In this document: in pieces, positions 8,866-16,216 of the stretch
How positions within the stretch are numbered: the stretch's first letter is position 1
Layout: every line of letters starts with the position of its first letter
DNA from: a virus
Lineage: Duplodnaviria; Caudoviricetes
Direction: 5' to 3' (one strand)
DNA: 38,721 nt
IMG/VR virus record: IMGVR_UViG_3300031957_003826
Span: 1-38,721 of that record
The notes under the pieces: model-generated
Told to the model about the DNA's origin: nothing
Seen by the model: the letters and a program-made list of their open reading frames with translations, nothing else
Databases searched by the model: none
Translations under genes and position numbers: made by a program

Positions 8866-9227
8866 AGCACTTCCTCCGCCGGGGGACCCTGGAAGACGAC
8901 GCTCGCCTTGCCGTCCTGGCCGAAGCTGATCACCTCGGCCACGTAGGCGTTGCGGATGATCCAGGTGACGCCGGTATCGGTGGCCAGCGTCACCGTGGCG
9001 TTGTCGATCGCGCGCAGGTCGGCGAGGCTGACGCCCTGCTTGTAGAGCAGCGTCACGTCCAGCTTGGAAGGCGTCGTCGTCTCGCGGAACGCCCCCGCCT
9101 CGTAGTCTCCCGGCACCGCCTCGCGGACGGCACCGCCGATTTCGAGCGTCGCTTCGCCCGAAGTCGGGATCTGGCTGCCGTCGACCTTGACCTTGGCCTG
9201 GCCGACGACGCGGTTCTTGTTCGCCAT
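8862..9227 (-). CDS. Tail tube protein (Mu M)
   Basis: 121 aa directly after the sheath; RVVGQAKVKVDG...NATVTLATDTG...IIRNAY. Confidence 0.88.
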   Translation of the reverse strand: MANKNRVVGQAKVKVDGSQIPTSGEATLEIGGAVREAVPGDYEAGAFRETTTPSKLDVTLLYKQGVSLADLRAIDNATVTLATDTGVTWIIRNAYVAEVISFGQDGKASVVFQGPPAEEVL

Positions 9228-9261
9228 CTCATGCTCCTTTCAGAAGGGTCTTGCCGGGCTC

Positions 9262-10737
9262 TCAGAGCCGGAACTGGATCGCCGCCGCGAAACTGCGGAA
9301 CTGGTTGACGATGTCCGGCGGGATCAGCGCGTTGACCCGGTTGGGATCGCTGGCGTCGCGCTCGACGATCAGGTCTGTCACGAACTGGTCGAGCCCTTCG
9401 ACCAGACCGGCTTCCTCCCACTCGCGGGCAAGCGCGATGATCTCCGCGCGGATCGTGCCGGGCGTGACGATCGCCTGCCCCGCGCCGTAGCGGGTGTCGT
9501 CGTCCGCCAGCTTCATGCGCGGGAACTTGCTCGCGACCCGCTGGCGCAGCGAGGCGCGCAGGTAGCCGGTCGTCGTGACCGTCTCCAGATCGAGCCAGGC
9601 CACGTCCGCGAGCCCGAACGCGTCGGTCTGGTAGGTCGTGATCGAGCGCTCGATGCGGCAGGTGCCGTCCGTCCCGGCGGTGAAGGTGGCGATGCCGTCG
9701 CGCAGCAGCGCCTCGCGCTGGGCGCGGGTGAACTGGTCGTCGGCCTTCGGCGCGACCATGCCAGTCAGCTGCAGCGTCTGGGTCGGCCGCGCCGGATCGA
9801 TCGCGGTGTAGTAGCCGCAGACCGCGCCGTAGATCGCCGCCGCCTCGGCGGGCCACGTCGGCGAAAGCCCGGTGCCCAGGATCGAGAGCAGCTCGCAGCT
9901 GAGCGCCGCGCCGAACGCGGCCAGCGTGCCCTGGCTGCCGGGCTTGGCGGCATAGGCCACGCTTTCCAGCATCCGCGCCGCGCCCCAGCGGTCGTCTAGC
10001 TCCAGCTTCACCTTGGCCGCGATCGGCGCGGTGATCGTGCCCAGGACGATGGTGCGGAAGGGCTGGTCGCCGATCACCGCCCAGACATCGTCGATGTCCG
10101 GATCGCCCGCGCCGTTCGCCATGGCCGCGACGGCCAGGCCCACGCCTGCGGGCAGCGCCTCGCCCGCGAAATGGCTGTGCCGAAGGTCGATCTCGTTGCC
10201 CGCGCTGCCCTTGTTGCGCGCGGTGAGGGTGACGACGTGCTGGTTGGGCGCGTCCCCCGCAGCGGCGGTCACCGGCAGGTCCGCCCTGGCGTTCGCGGCG
10301 GCGACGATGGCGGCGGCGATCGCGCTGGCGGCATCGCCGCTGGTCACGACCACCGGAACGCGCACGCCCGCGATCATCAGCGCCAGCGTGCCGGTGGCCG
10401 TAGCCGGGCCGGTAAGGGTTAGCGTGCCGGTGGCTGCGGTCGCCCCGTCGGCATCGTTCAGGCCGATCGCCACGACCTCGCTGTAGCGGTCCGCCTGCCG
10501 GTAGGCCGCGATCATCCGCGCCAGCATCGATCCCCGGCCGAACAGGCCCACCGCCTGGCTCGCCTCGGTCACCGGCTGCAGGCTGAGCGCCTCGGCGGTG
10601 CCCGCGCCGAGCATCTGCCCGATCACGAGCACGCGGTTCTGGATCGGCGGCAGGCCGGAGACCGCGCGGCTCGAATCGAACTCGATGTGCTGGCCGGGCG
10701 TGCGGATGTCGGCCGGGATGGTGTTGAAGCTGATCAT
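9262..10737 (-). CDS. Tail sheath protein (Mu L)
   Basis: ISFNTIPADIRTPGQHIEFDSS, LFGRGSMLARM, DPARPTQTL, ITTYQTDAFG, PPDIVNQFRSFAAAIQFRL. Confidence 0.96.
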   Translation of the reverse strand: MISFNTIPADIRTPGQHIEFDSSRAVSGLPPIQNRVLVIGQMLGAGTAEALSLQPVTEASQAVGLFGRGSMLARMIAAYRQADRYSEVVAIGLNDADGATAATGTLTLTGPATATGTLALMIAGVRVPVVVTSGDAASAIAAAIVAAANARADLPVTAAAGDAPNQHVVTLTARNKGSAGNEIDLRHSHFAGEALPAGVGLAVAAMANGAGDPDIDDVWAVIGDQPFRTIVLGTITAPIAAKVKLELDDRWGAARMLESVAYAAKPGSQGTLAAFGAALSCELLSILGTGLSPTWPAEAAAIYGAVCGYYTAIDPARPTQTLQLTGMVAPKADDQFTRAQREALLRDGIATFTAGTDGTCRIERSITTYQTDAFGLADVAWLDLETVTTTGYLRASLRQRVASKFPRMKLADDDTRYGAGQAIVTPGTIRAEIIALAREWEEAGLVEGLDQFVTDLIVERDASDPNRVNALIPPDIVNQFRSFAAAIQFRL

Positions 10738-10928
10738 GCGGACTTGCTCCCTTTCCCGGACGTCCGGGGTTTCGGCTTGCTGGTTGGGACGGGTTCGATG
10801 TCTCCGGCGGCGAGCAGCCGCCGCCAGTAGGGCGTGAGCGCGATCGCCGCGCCGCCATCGGGCAGCGGTTCGCCGTTCGGCATCAGCGCGCGGCGACCTT
10901 GCGAGGGTCGGTAGAGCTTCAGCGCCAT
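10734..10928 (-). CDS. Small gp38-like (DUF2635) protein
   Basis: ATG at 10928; GEPLPDGG...TPYWRRLLAAGDI; immediately before the sheath gene. Confidence 0.85.
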   Translation of the reverse strand: MALKLYRPSQGRRALMPNGEPLPDGGAAIALTPYWRRLLAAGDIEPVPTSKPKPRTSGKGSKSA

Positions 10929-11533
10929 CACTGCGGCAGCTCCATCAGGTCCTCGGCGTCGGGTGCGTCGGCGGGCAGCGGCGGCGCGACGTTGCCGAAG
11001 GCGGGCACGTCCCAGTCCACGTGCAGCGCCTCGAACGCGCCGGTGTCCTCGTCGAACAGGCCGAAGGCGGCGCGGCATTCCAGCTCGATGGCGATCAGCG
11101 AGAGGTTCTGCCGCTTCATCTGGTCGGACCGGCTGACCAGGCGCGCGCCCGGCACCGTGACCGGCTCGACCAGGTCGAGCCCGAGCATGCTGCGCGAAAG
11201 CAGCCGGATGGCATCTGCCATCAGCTGGTAACTGCCCGGCTCCGCGCCGTCGCCGTGGCGGGTCTGGCGCTCGTTGCGCAGGTTCTGCGCGCCCACGACC
11301 AGGGCGAAGCGGCAGCGGGCGTTCCAGCCCGAACCGTCCTCGCTTTCCTCGCCCCGGTCCATGCCCAGGAACACGATCCAGGCGGCGGGCGTGCGCAGGT
11401 TGTGCGTGGCCTTCAGGTACTCCTCGAACTCGTCGGGAAAGCTGTCGAGCACCGCGAAGCGGTAGCCGAGCACGCCGTCCTCGCCCGCTGCGCGCAGCGT
11501 TTCGAGGATCGCCAGTTCGATTGCGGCGATCAT
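10928..11533 (-). CDS. Mu gp37-like (DUF1834) tail completion protein
   Basis: MIAAIELAIL, PAAWIVFLG, VGAQNLRNERQTRHG...PGSYQL. Confidence 0.85.
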   Translation of the reverse strand: MIAAIELAILETLRAAGEDGVLGYRFAVLDSFPDEFEEYLKATHNLRTPAAWIVFLGMDRGEESEDGSGWNARCRFALVVGAQNLRNERQTRHGDGAEPGSYQLMADAIRLLSRSMLGLDLVEPVTVPGARLVSRSDQMKRQNLSLIAIELECRAAFGLFDEDTGAFEALHVDWDVPAFGNVAPPLPADAPDAEDLMELPQ

Positions 11534-11769
11534 GCGCGCCTCCCGATCCAGCACAGGAGGTCCGCAACGGCCGTGACTAAAGCGTAGAACCAGATGGCGG
11601 GTGCCGCGATCACAAGGCCGCTTGCCGAAGAGAGCAGGATAATGCGCTCCCACGGCGTTTCCGCCAGCGGCCACGCGTAATCGACCCAGCACATCGCCAC
11701 CATGAGGACCGGCAGCGCGAGGACACCCCAGGTGACGACGATAGCCAGCAAGTCGCTGTGATCGATCAT
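11530..11769 (-). CDS. Small two-TM membrane protein (moron-like insertion)
   Basis: 79 aa with two hydrophobic stretches; ATGA-coupled at both ends. Confidence 0.65.
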   Translation of the reverse strand: MIDHSDLLAIVVTWGVLALPVLMVAMCWVDYAWPLAETPWERIILLSSASGLVIAAPAIWFYALVTAVADLLCWIGRRA

Positions 11770-12311
11770 GCCTCGCCTCCATTGCCCCAGGCCTCGCGGG
11801 CGTAGTCCTCGGCCTGCGCGAGCAGCTCGGCTTCGTCCTCGGCCGACAGGCCGAGGAACTGGCGCTGCGGGATGTTCATCGCCCGCTCGAAGCTCTTGAC
11901 GGTGAAGGTCACCGGCTCACGCAGGCGGCGACCGAACGCCTCGTCGATCGTGCGGCTGTGCGTCGGCACGGTGACGGTGCCGTCGAACCCGTCCTGGTGC
12001 ACACCGGCGTAGACCTTGTTCGTGCCGGTCTCGACGCGGTCGGCGCTGGCGATCGAATGCACCGATGACTTGAGCTGGGCCGAGAGCGTCAACGTCTTGC
12101 CGCCATGCTCGCGCACCCGCTCCGAAGGCGTCCATTTGCTGCCATCGGGCGCGGTCTCGGTGTCGAACCGGTCGGTCACCGAGCTTTCCAGCGTGACGCC
12201 GAAGCCTTCCATCAAGTCGGTAAGGTCGCCGAACGCCTCCGACAGGCGCAGCATGCGCCGCTCGATGTCGCGCGCGCCGGTGCTGGTCAGTTCCACGGAT
12301 GCCCCGGCCAT
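11766..12311 (-). CDS. Virion morphogenesis protein (Mu G-like)
   Basis: RFDTETAPDGSKWTPS, GKTLTLSAQLKSS, GTNKVYAGVHQ, NIPQRQFLGLS. Confidence 0.9.
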   Translation of the reverse strand: MAGASVELTSTGARDIERRMLRLSEAFGDLTDLMEGFGVTLESSVTDRFDTETAPDGSKWTPSERVREHGGKTLTLSAQLKSSVHSIASADRVETGTNKVYAGVHQDGFDGTVTVPTHSRTIDEAFGRRLREPVTFTVKSFERAMNIPQRQFLGLSAEDEAELLAQAEDYAREAWGNGGEA

Positions 12312-12313
12312 CG

Positions 12314-12736
12314 TCAGTAGCCCTGCAGCTTGTCGCGGCCGAAGCGCTGCGGGTCGCCGCCGACGAGGATTTGTCCGGGGCGCGGCGCGGCCTCTTCCTG
12401 CCCCTGGTCGAGCTTGATCGTGCCCGAGGCGATGTCGCGCAGGCGGGCGATGGCATCCTTGCGGCGCTGCGCCACCCATTCGGGCGGATCGGCGCGCCAA
12501 AGAAGGGCGAAGGCATAGTCGCAGGCGATGTCGGTGAGCAGCGCATTCCCGGCCAGCGCGCCGGTCTCGCGGTGACGGGCCGCGATGTAGCTGACGATCA
12601 GCGCGTCGGCGCTCGCCAGCTTCGCGTCGATGACGCCGGTGTCGATCGCGCCGGAGTTGTCCTGGTCGGACAGCTGGATGAGGTCGCGCTCCTCGAAACG
12701 GGCCTGCATGTCTGCAAGGGCGGCGAAGAGGGGCAC
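12314..12736 (-). CDS. Head-tail connector Mu gp36 (DUF1320)
   Basis: DMQARFEERDLIQLSD, ASADALIVSYI, IACDYA, RKDAIARLRDIASGTIKL. Confidence 0.9.
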   Translation of the reverse strand: MPLFAALADMQARFEERDLIQLSDQDNSGAIDTGVIDAKLASADALIVSYIAARHRETGALAGNALLTDIACDYAFALLWRADPPEWVAQRRKDAIARLRDIASGTIKLDQGQEEAAPRPGQILVGGDPQRFGRDKLQGY

Positions 12737-12764
12737 GGCGAAATCATCCTTTCAGGCAAGAAGC

Positions 12765-12809
12765 GCGGACGGCGGCTCGCAATGGCTTTCAGGGGCCACC
12801 GCCGCCCGC
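12765..12809 (-). terminator. GC-rich stem-loop after the capsid cluster (possible attenuator or terminator)
   Basis: Arms 12765-12775/12799-12809 (one mismatch), inner TGGC/GCCA stem, followed on the minus strand by a weak GCTTCTT tail. Confidence 0.4.
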
Positions 12810-12826
12810 CAGGTTGGGAGAGAAGG

Positions 12827-13492
12827 TCAGGCCTTCGCGCCCGAGCTGCGGGGCTTCGCCTTCCCGGTCGCCTTCGCGGCGGCGGGAGCAGCGCTTGGCC
12901 CCTTTTTGGCTTCCGCAGCGGGCGCGGCCTCTGCGGCCGGGGCGGCGGTTTCCGCCCCGGCCGGTGGACCGTCCTCGCTCGCGGTATTTCCTTCGACCGG
13001 AGCGGAAGGTGCCTCTTCCGTCTCCGGCTCACCGGCGGCTTCTCCGGCGACTTGCGCGGCCCCGTCGGGCGTGGATGGGTTGAGGGCATCCGGTTCCGCC
13101 GGAGACGACGCTGCGCCTCCGGCTTCCCTCGCCCCGCCCCCGGCAGCTTCCTTTTCGTCATCGGGCACGCCGAGCAGCTGCGCGGCGAGCGCGGCCAGTT
13201 CGGCATTGTCCGGCGTCGCGTTGTCGGCTTCTTGAAGCGCCTCGACCAGAAGCCGCAGAGCGTCGATCTCTACGGGCGCGATCATCCGTTCCACGCCGTC
13301 AGTGTCGACCAGCGTAACTGTGAGCTGTGGATCGACGAGCAGCGCAAGCAGCGAGACCAAGGCGCAGAGTGGCGTCACGCCGAGATCCTCGTGGCCCAGC
13401 TCACGCACTTCGCGAGTGAACTCCAGTCCGGCGCGGCGGCGTGACGACTTAAGGGATTTCACCCGAACTCGGGCGCATGGAGCGTCAGCCAT
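12827..13492 (-). CDS. gp35/HI1506-like protein with a long Ala/Glu/Pro low-complexity tail
   Basis: RRRAGLEFTRE...LLVDPQLTV motif; directly after gpT; start 13492. Confidence 0.7.
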   Translation of the reverse strand: MADAPCARVRVKSLKSSRRRAGLEFTREVRELGHEDLGVTPLCALVSLLALLVDPQLTVTLVDTDGVERMIAPVEIDALRLLVEALQEADNATPDNAELAALAAQLLGVPDDEKEAAGGGAREAGGAASSPAEPDALNPSTPDGAAQVAGEAAGEPETEEAPSAPVEGNTASEDGPPAGAETAAPAAEAAPAAEAKKGPSAAPAAAKATGKAKPRSSGAKA

Positions 13493-14387
13493 CGAGCCAG
13501 TCCGCGACCATGAGCTTCGCGGTGCCTTGCCACACGTTGCTGGCACCAGCTGCGTCGTTGGTTGCGTTGACGAGCTGCAAGCCCTTCTTCTCCAGGCTGG
13601 GCGGCACGATCAAGGTGCGGGGCCGAACCCCGATCTTGCGCCCGCCGTCGCCTTTCATGTTGCGGAGTGCCGCACGGGCTGAGCCGTAATTGTCTCCATC
13701 CAGTGTCGCCTTGGAACCATAGGCAAACTGCCAGAAACCGAAGCCGACGTTGTCGCGGCAATCGATCCCGTAGTTGAATTCTTTACGGCTGAAGACGTTT
13801 TCGTCCGTTACGTTGTCCTTGGCGACAAAGTTGGCATTCTTCCGGCGCTGGAAGATCATCGGCTTCAGCGCATGGGTGTCGTCGATGAGGTACCAGGCAG
13901 GGCCGGCCCCAGCTTGCATGTTGGAAATCGACACCTTCGCACCATCCGCGTCACGAACCGGATGATCGGTGTCGAAGAAGTTCTGGCCGTCGTAGCATTC
14001 ACTGTCGAACGCAGCTTGCCACAATTCCCAGACCATCTCATCCGGGTGGGCCGCCGCTGACATCCCCATCTCGGTAAACAAGGGATTGTAGATTCCGATG
14101 TTGTCGTCTTCGATGTCGTTTCGGTCGACGCCGATTGTCAGCTCGAAGTCCCGGTTCCGGATGGCGTAGCCATGCGCCTCCATGCCGTGAACGACGCGAT
14201 CACCGAACCATTCGCGCATTTTGGGGAACTTGCCGAGCCAGCCATATTCATTCTTGCCAGTGCTACTGGGGACTTCGGTGGCAAGGCTCTGCCACTGGCT
14301 CTCGACCTGGCCGAGACCGCCCTGGAAAAGCGCGTTAAATGAAGTGCCGAGCGTCTTGAGAAGCGTGACGGTAACTTGCTGTGCCAT
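13485..14387 (-). CDS. Major capsid protein (Mu gpT family)
   Basis: YGWLGKFPKMREWFGDR, NRDFELTIGVDRNDIEDD, CYDGQNFFDTDHPV, LKPMIFQRR, GFGFWQFAYGS. Confidence 0.97.
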   Translation of the reverse strand: MAQQVTVTLLKTLGTSFNALFQGGLGQVESQWQSLATEVPSSTGKNEYGWLGKFPKMREWFGDRVVHGMEAHGYAIRNRDFELTIGVDRNDIEDDNIGIYNPLFTEMGMSAAAHPDEMVWELWQAAFDSECYDGQNFFDTDHPVRDADGAKVSISNMQAGAGPAWYLIDDTHALKPMIFQRRKNANFVAKDNVTDENVFSRKEFNYGIDCRDNVGFGFWQFAYGSKATLDGDNYGSARAALRNMKGDGGRKIGVRPRTLIVPPSLEKKGLQLVNATNDAAGASNVWQGTAKLMVADWLDG

Positions 14388-14410
14388 GTCGTTTTTCCTC
14401 TCTGCTGGCG

Positions 14411-14821
14411 TCAGGAAATCGCGACCCAGACGCCTTGGGCGTCCACATCCACGATCTTGCCGGCGATGGAGCGAGTGTTGGTGCCGCTGGTTTTGGCCAC
14501 TGTTTGGTCATCGACGACGTATGCGTTGTCACCGATCTCGGCGATTGTGATGGCGTCAGTTGACGCAGAGTTGGCGAAGCGAAACACGCCCTTCTCGACT
14601 TCGATAGTGGCTGCACCATCGCCGCCGCCCGAGTTGTCGACGGTTGACTTGGCAACACCATCAGCAACCAGTGTTGTGGCAACGGCACCGGGCGTGGCGT
14701 AGCCTGTCGCACTGAGGCAGACCAACGCACCGGAATGGATCACCTTCGTTGCGGCGACTCCACGATGAAAGGTCGTGCCATCACGCCGGGCAGTGAGCCT
14801 CGATTCAGTCAGCGCAGCCAT
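14411..14821 (-). CDS. Capsid decoration/cement protein
   Basis: 136 aa between protease and gpT; VDNSGGGDGA, AYVVDDQTVAKT, RSIAGKIVDVD...GVWV. Confidence 0.75.
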   Translation of the reverse strand: MAALTESRLTARRDGTTFHRGVAATKVIHSGALVCLSATGYATPGAVATTLVADGVAKSTVDNSGGGDGAATIEVEKGVFRFANSASTDAITIAEIGDNAYVVDDQTVAKTSGTNTRSIAGKIVDVDAQGVWVAIS

Positions 14822-15381
14822 TAGAGCACCTCCTCTTCGTCACGCGACTTGAGGTACGCCTCATGCGAAAGGCCGAGCTTCGCGCAAATCGCGGTCTCCT
14901 CGTCGGTGAGCTTCCCCTTCTGGCGCTCGATCTTGCGGTCGCCGTGCGGCTTCGCGCCGGGGAAGACGGGCGCATCGCCCAGGAAGCTCTGCAGCTCCGC
15001 GATGTCGCGCTTGCCGAGCTTCACCGCCCAGTCCTTCTGCGCGGGGGTGAGCTTGCCGCCCTCGATCGCGCTGTCGACCATGGCGAGCACCTTCTCCTCG
15101 CGGATCGCCGCCAGTTCCTGACGCACGTCCTTGAGGTCGCCGATCGGCACGTACTTCGCCGGGTCCGGCTCGCCGCCCTTGGCTTCGCCGACAGCCGCGA
15201 GCACCGCCTCGGTGCCCGCGTCGGCGGCAAGGCCGAGCGTGGTGCGGGCCGAGGCGAGCACCTTGTCGCCCGCATCGGCCTTGTCCTTCAGCCCGCCGAT
15301 CGCGGCGAGCACCTCGGCCTCACCGGCACTCGCCGACAGGGCCAGCACCGAAACAAGCGGCGCCAGGGCAATCGTTTTCAT
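14821..15381 (-). CDS. Nested in-frame scaffolding protein Z
   Basis: Internal GAGGAA-N5-ATG (MKTIALAPLV) right after the protease domain, as in Mu I/Z. Confidence 0.6.
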   Translation of the reverse strand: MKTIALAPLVSVLALSASAGEAEVLAAIGGLKDKADAGDKVLASARTTLGLAADAGTEAVLAAVGEAKGGEPDPAKYVPIGDLKDVRQELAAIREEKVLAMVDSAIEGGKLTPAQKDWAVKLGKRDIAELQSFLGDAPVFPGAKPHGDRKIERQKGKLTDEETAICAKLGLSHEAYLKSRDEEEVL

Positions 15382-15915
15382 TAACGGTTCCTCTTCAGTT
15401 GAGCCGGGCTCCTGCGAGGCCAGCGCGGGAAGATCGAGATTGGGGGAGTTGGTCAGCCCGGCATTGACCAGGCGCGTCACGCGGCGGTCCTCGCGGCCGA
15501 CCCGGAAGTGCGGGGAGTGGTAGCGGTACTCGCGCGCCGAAAGCGCTGCCTCGGCTGCTGGCGTCCAGTCGACCTCGGCGTAGATGCCGTCGTCGCCCGC
15601 CTGCAGCGTCGCGGCCTTGATCCAGCCCGCCGCCTTCGCCTGCCCGCCGACGCCGTGGACGGCGGCGAACTCGGACTGGTGATCGTAGTTGAACAGCATG
15701 TCGGCGCTGCCCAGGAACGCGCGCGTCGCGGCGATCACCTGCTCGGCCTGCGCCTTGCCTTCCAGGAGATAGGGGCCGCGCCCGTCACGCCCGGCGAACG
15801 TGCCGTAGGGCAGCAGCTTGACCCGGCGCGCGATCTTGCCATCGGCGATGTCGATTTCGACGGCGCTCGCGATGACGGCATCGTCGCCGAGGGGCTGGGC
15901 AGCAGGTTTGCTCAT
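14821..15915 (-). CDS. Prohead protease I with C-terminal scaffold (Z)
   Basis: GRDGRGPY, NYDHQS, AAGWIK, VDWTP, EYRYHSPHF, AGLTNSPNL; C-terminal LTDEETAICAKLGLSHEAY. Confidence 0.95.
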   Translation of the reverse strand: MSKPAAQPLGDDAVIASAVEIDIADGKIARRVKLLPYGTFAGRDGRGPYLLEGKAQAEQVIAATRAFLGSADMLFNYDHQSEFAAVHGVGGQAKAAGWIKAATLQAGDDGIYAEVDWTPAAEAALSAREYRYHSPHFRVGREDRRVTRLVNAGLTNSPNLDLPALASQEPGSTEEEPLMKTIALAPLVSVLALSASAGEAEVLAAIGGLKDKADAGDKVLASARTTLGLAADAGTEAVLAAVGEAKGGEPDPAKYVPIGDLKDVRQELAAIREEKVLAMVDSAIEGGKLTPAQKDWAVKLGKRDIAELQSFLGDAPVFPGAKPHGDRKIERQKGKLTDEETAICAKLGLSHEAYLKSRDEEEVL

Positions 15916-15921
15916 GCCACC

Positions 15922-15967
15922 CGCTTAGCGGCGGCGATGATGGCGGTGTTATATCCGCAGGCGGATA
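15922..15967 (-). promoter_or_regulatory. Putative activator-dependent late promoter of the protease/capsid operon
   Basis: 20-bp GTTATATCCGCAGGCGGATA at 15948-15967, identical to 28374-28393; dyad TATCCGC-N2-GCGGATA; TAAGCG at -12 from the ATG. Confidence 0.75.
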
Positions 15968-16042
15968 CAGCGGCAGATCAGCGCAGGGCGACTGCAGATA
16001 TGCTTAGTCCGCCGTGTTCGATTCGCACAATCGGAGAGAAGG

Positions 16043-16216
16043 TCAACGGGAGGAAGGCACTCGCGGCCTGCTGGGGAAGTCTTCCAGCCGCAGCCGCTTG
16101 GCACCGGGCTTCACCTGGCTGTTGTCCACCTTGATATGAAGATCGCGGCTCTCGACGACGCGATCGGCCAGGGTGCTAGTCCGCCGGTTCGATTTCGACT
16201 GTTCCGTTCGTGTCAT
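16043..16216 (-). CDS. 57-aa ORF overlapping the end of MuF-ART (candidate immunity protein)
   Basis: TAAGGA-N6-ATG at 16216; MTRTEQSKSNRRTSTLADRVVESRDLHIKVDNSQVKPGAKRLRLEDFPSRPRVPSSR*; below the ORF-track cutoff. Confidence 0.55.
   Translation of the reverse strand: MTRTEQSKSNRRTSTLADRVVESRDLHIKVDNSQVKPGAKRLRLEDFPSRPRVPSSR

Noticed and set aside
12827-13200. Ala/Glu/Pro/Lys-rich stretch as a tandem repeat
   Set aside because: Low-complexity protein tail without a discrete nucleotide repeat unit
15948-15967. The 20-bp dyad as a REP element, terminator or CRISPR repeat
   Set aside because: Only two copies seen, a 2-nt spacer, no U-tract, and fixed spacing to start codons favour a protein-binding site
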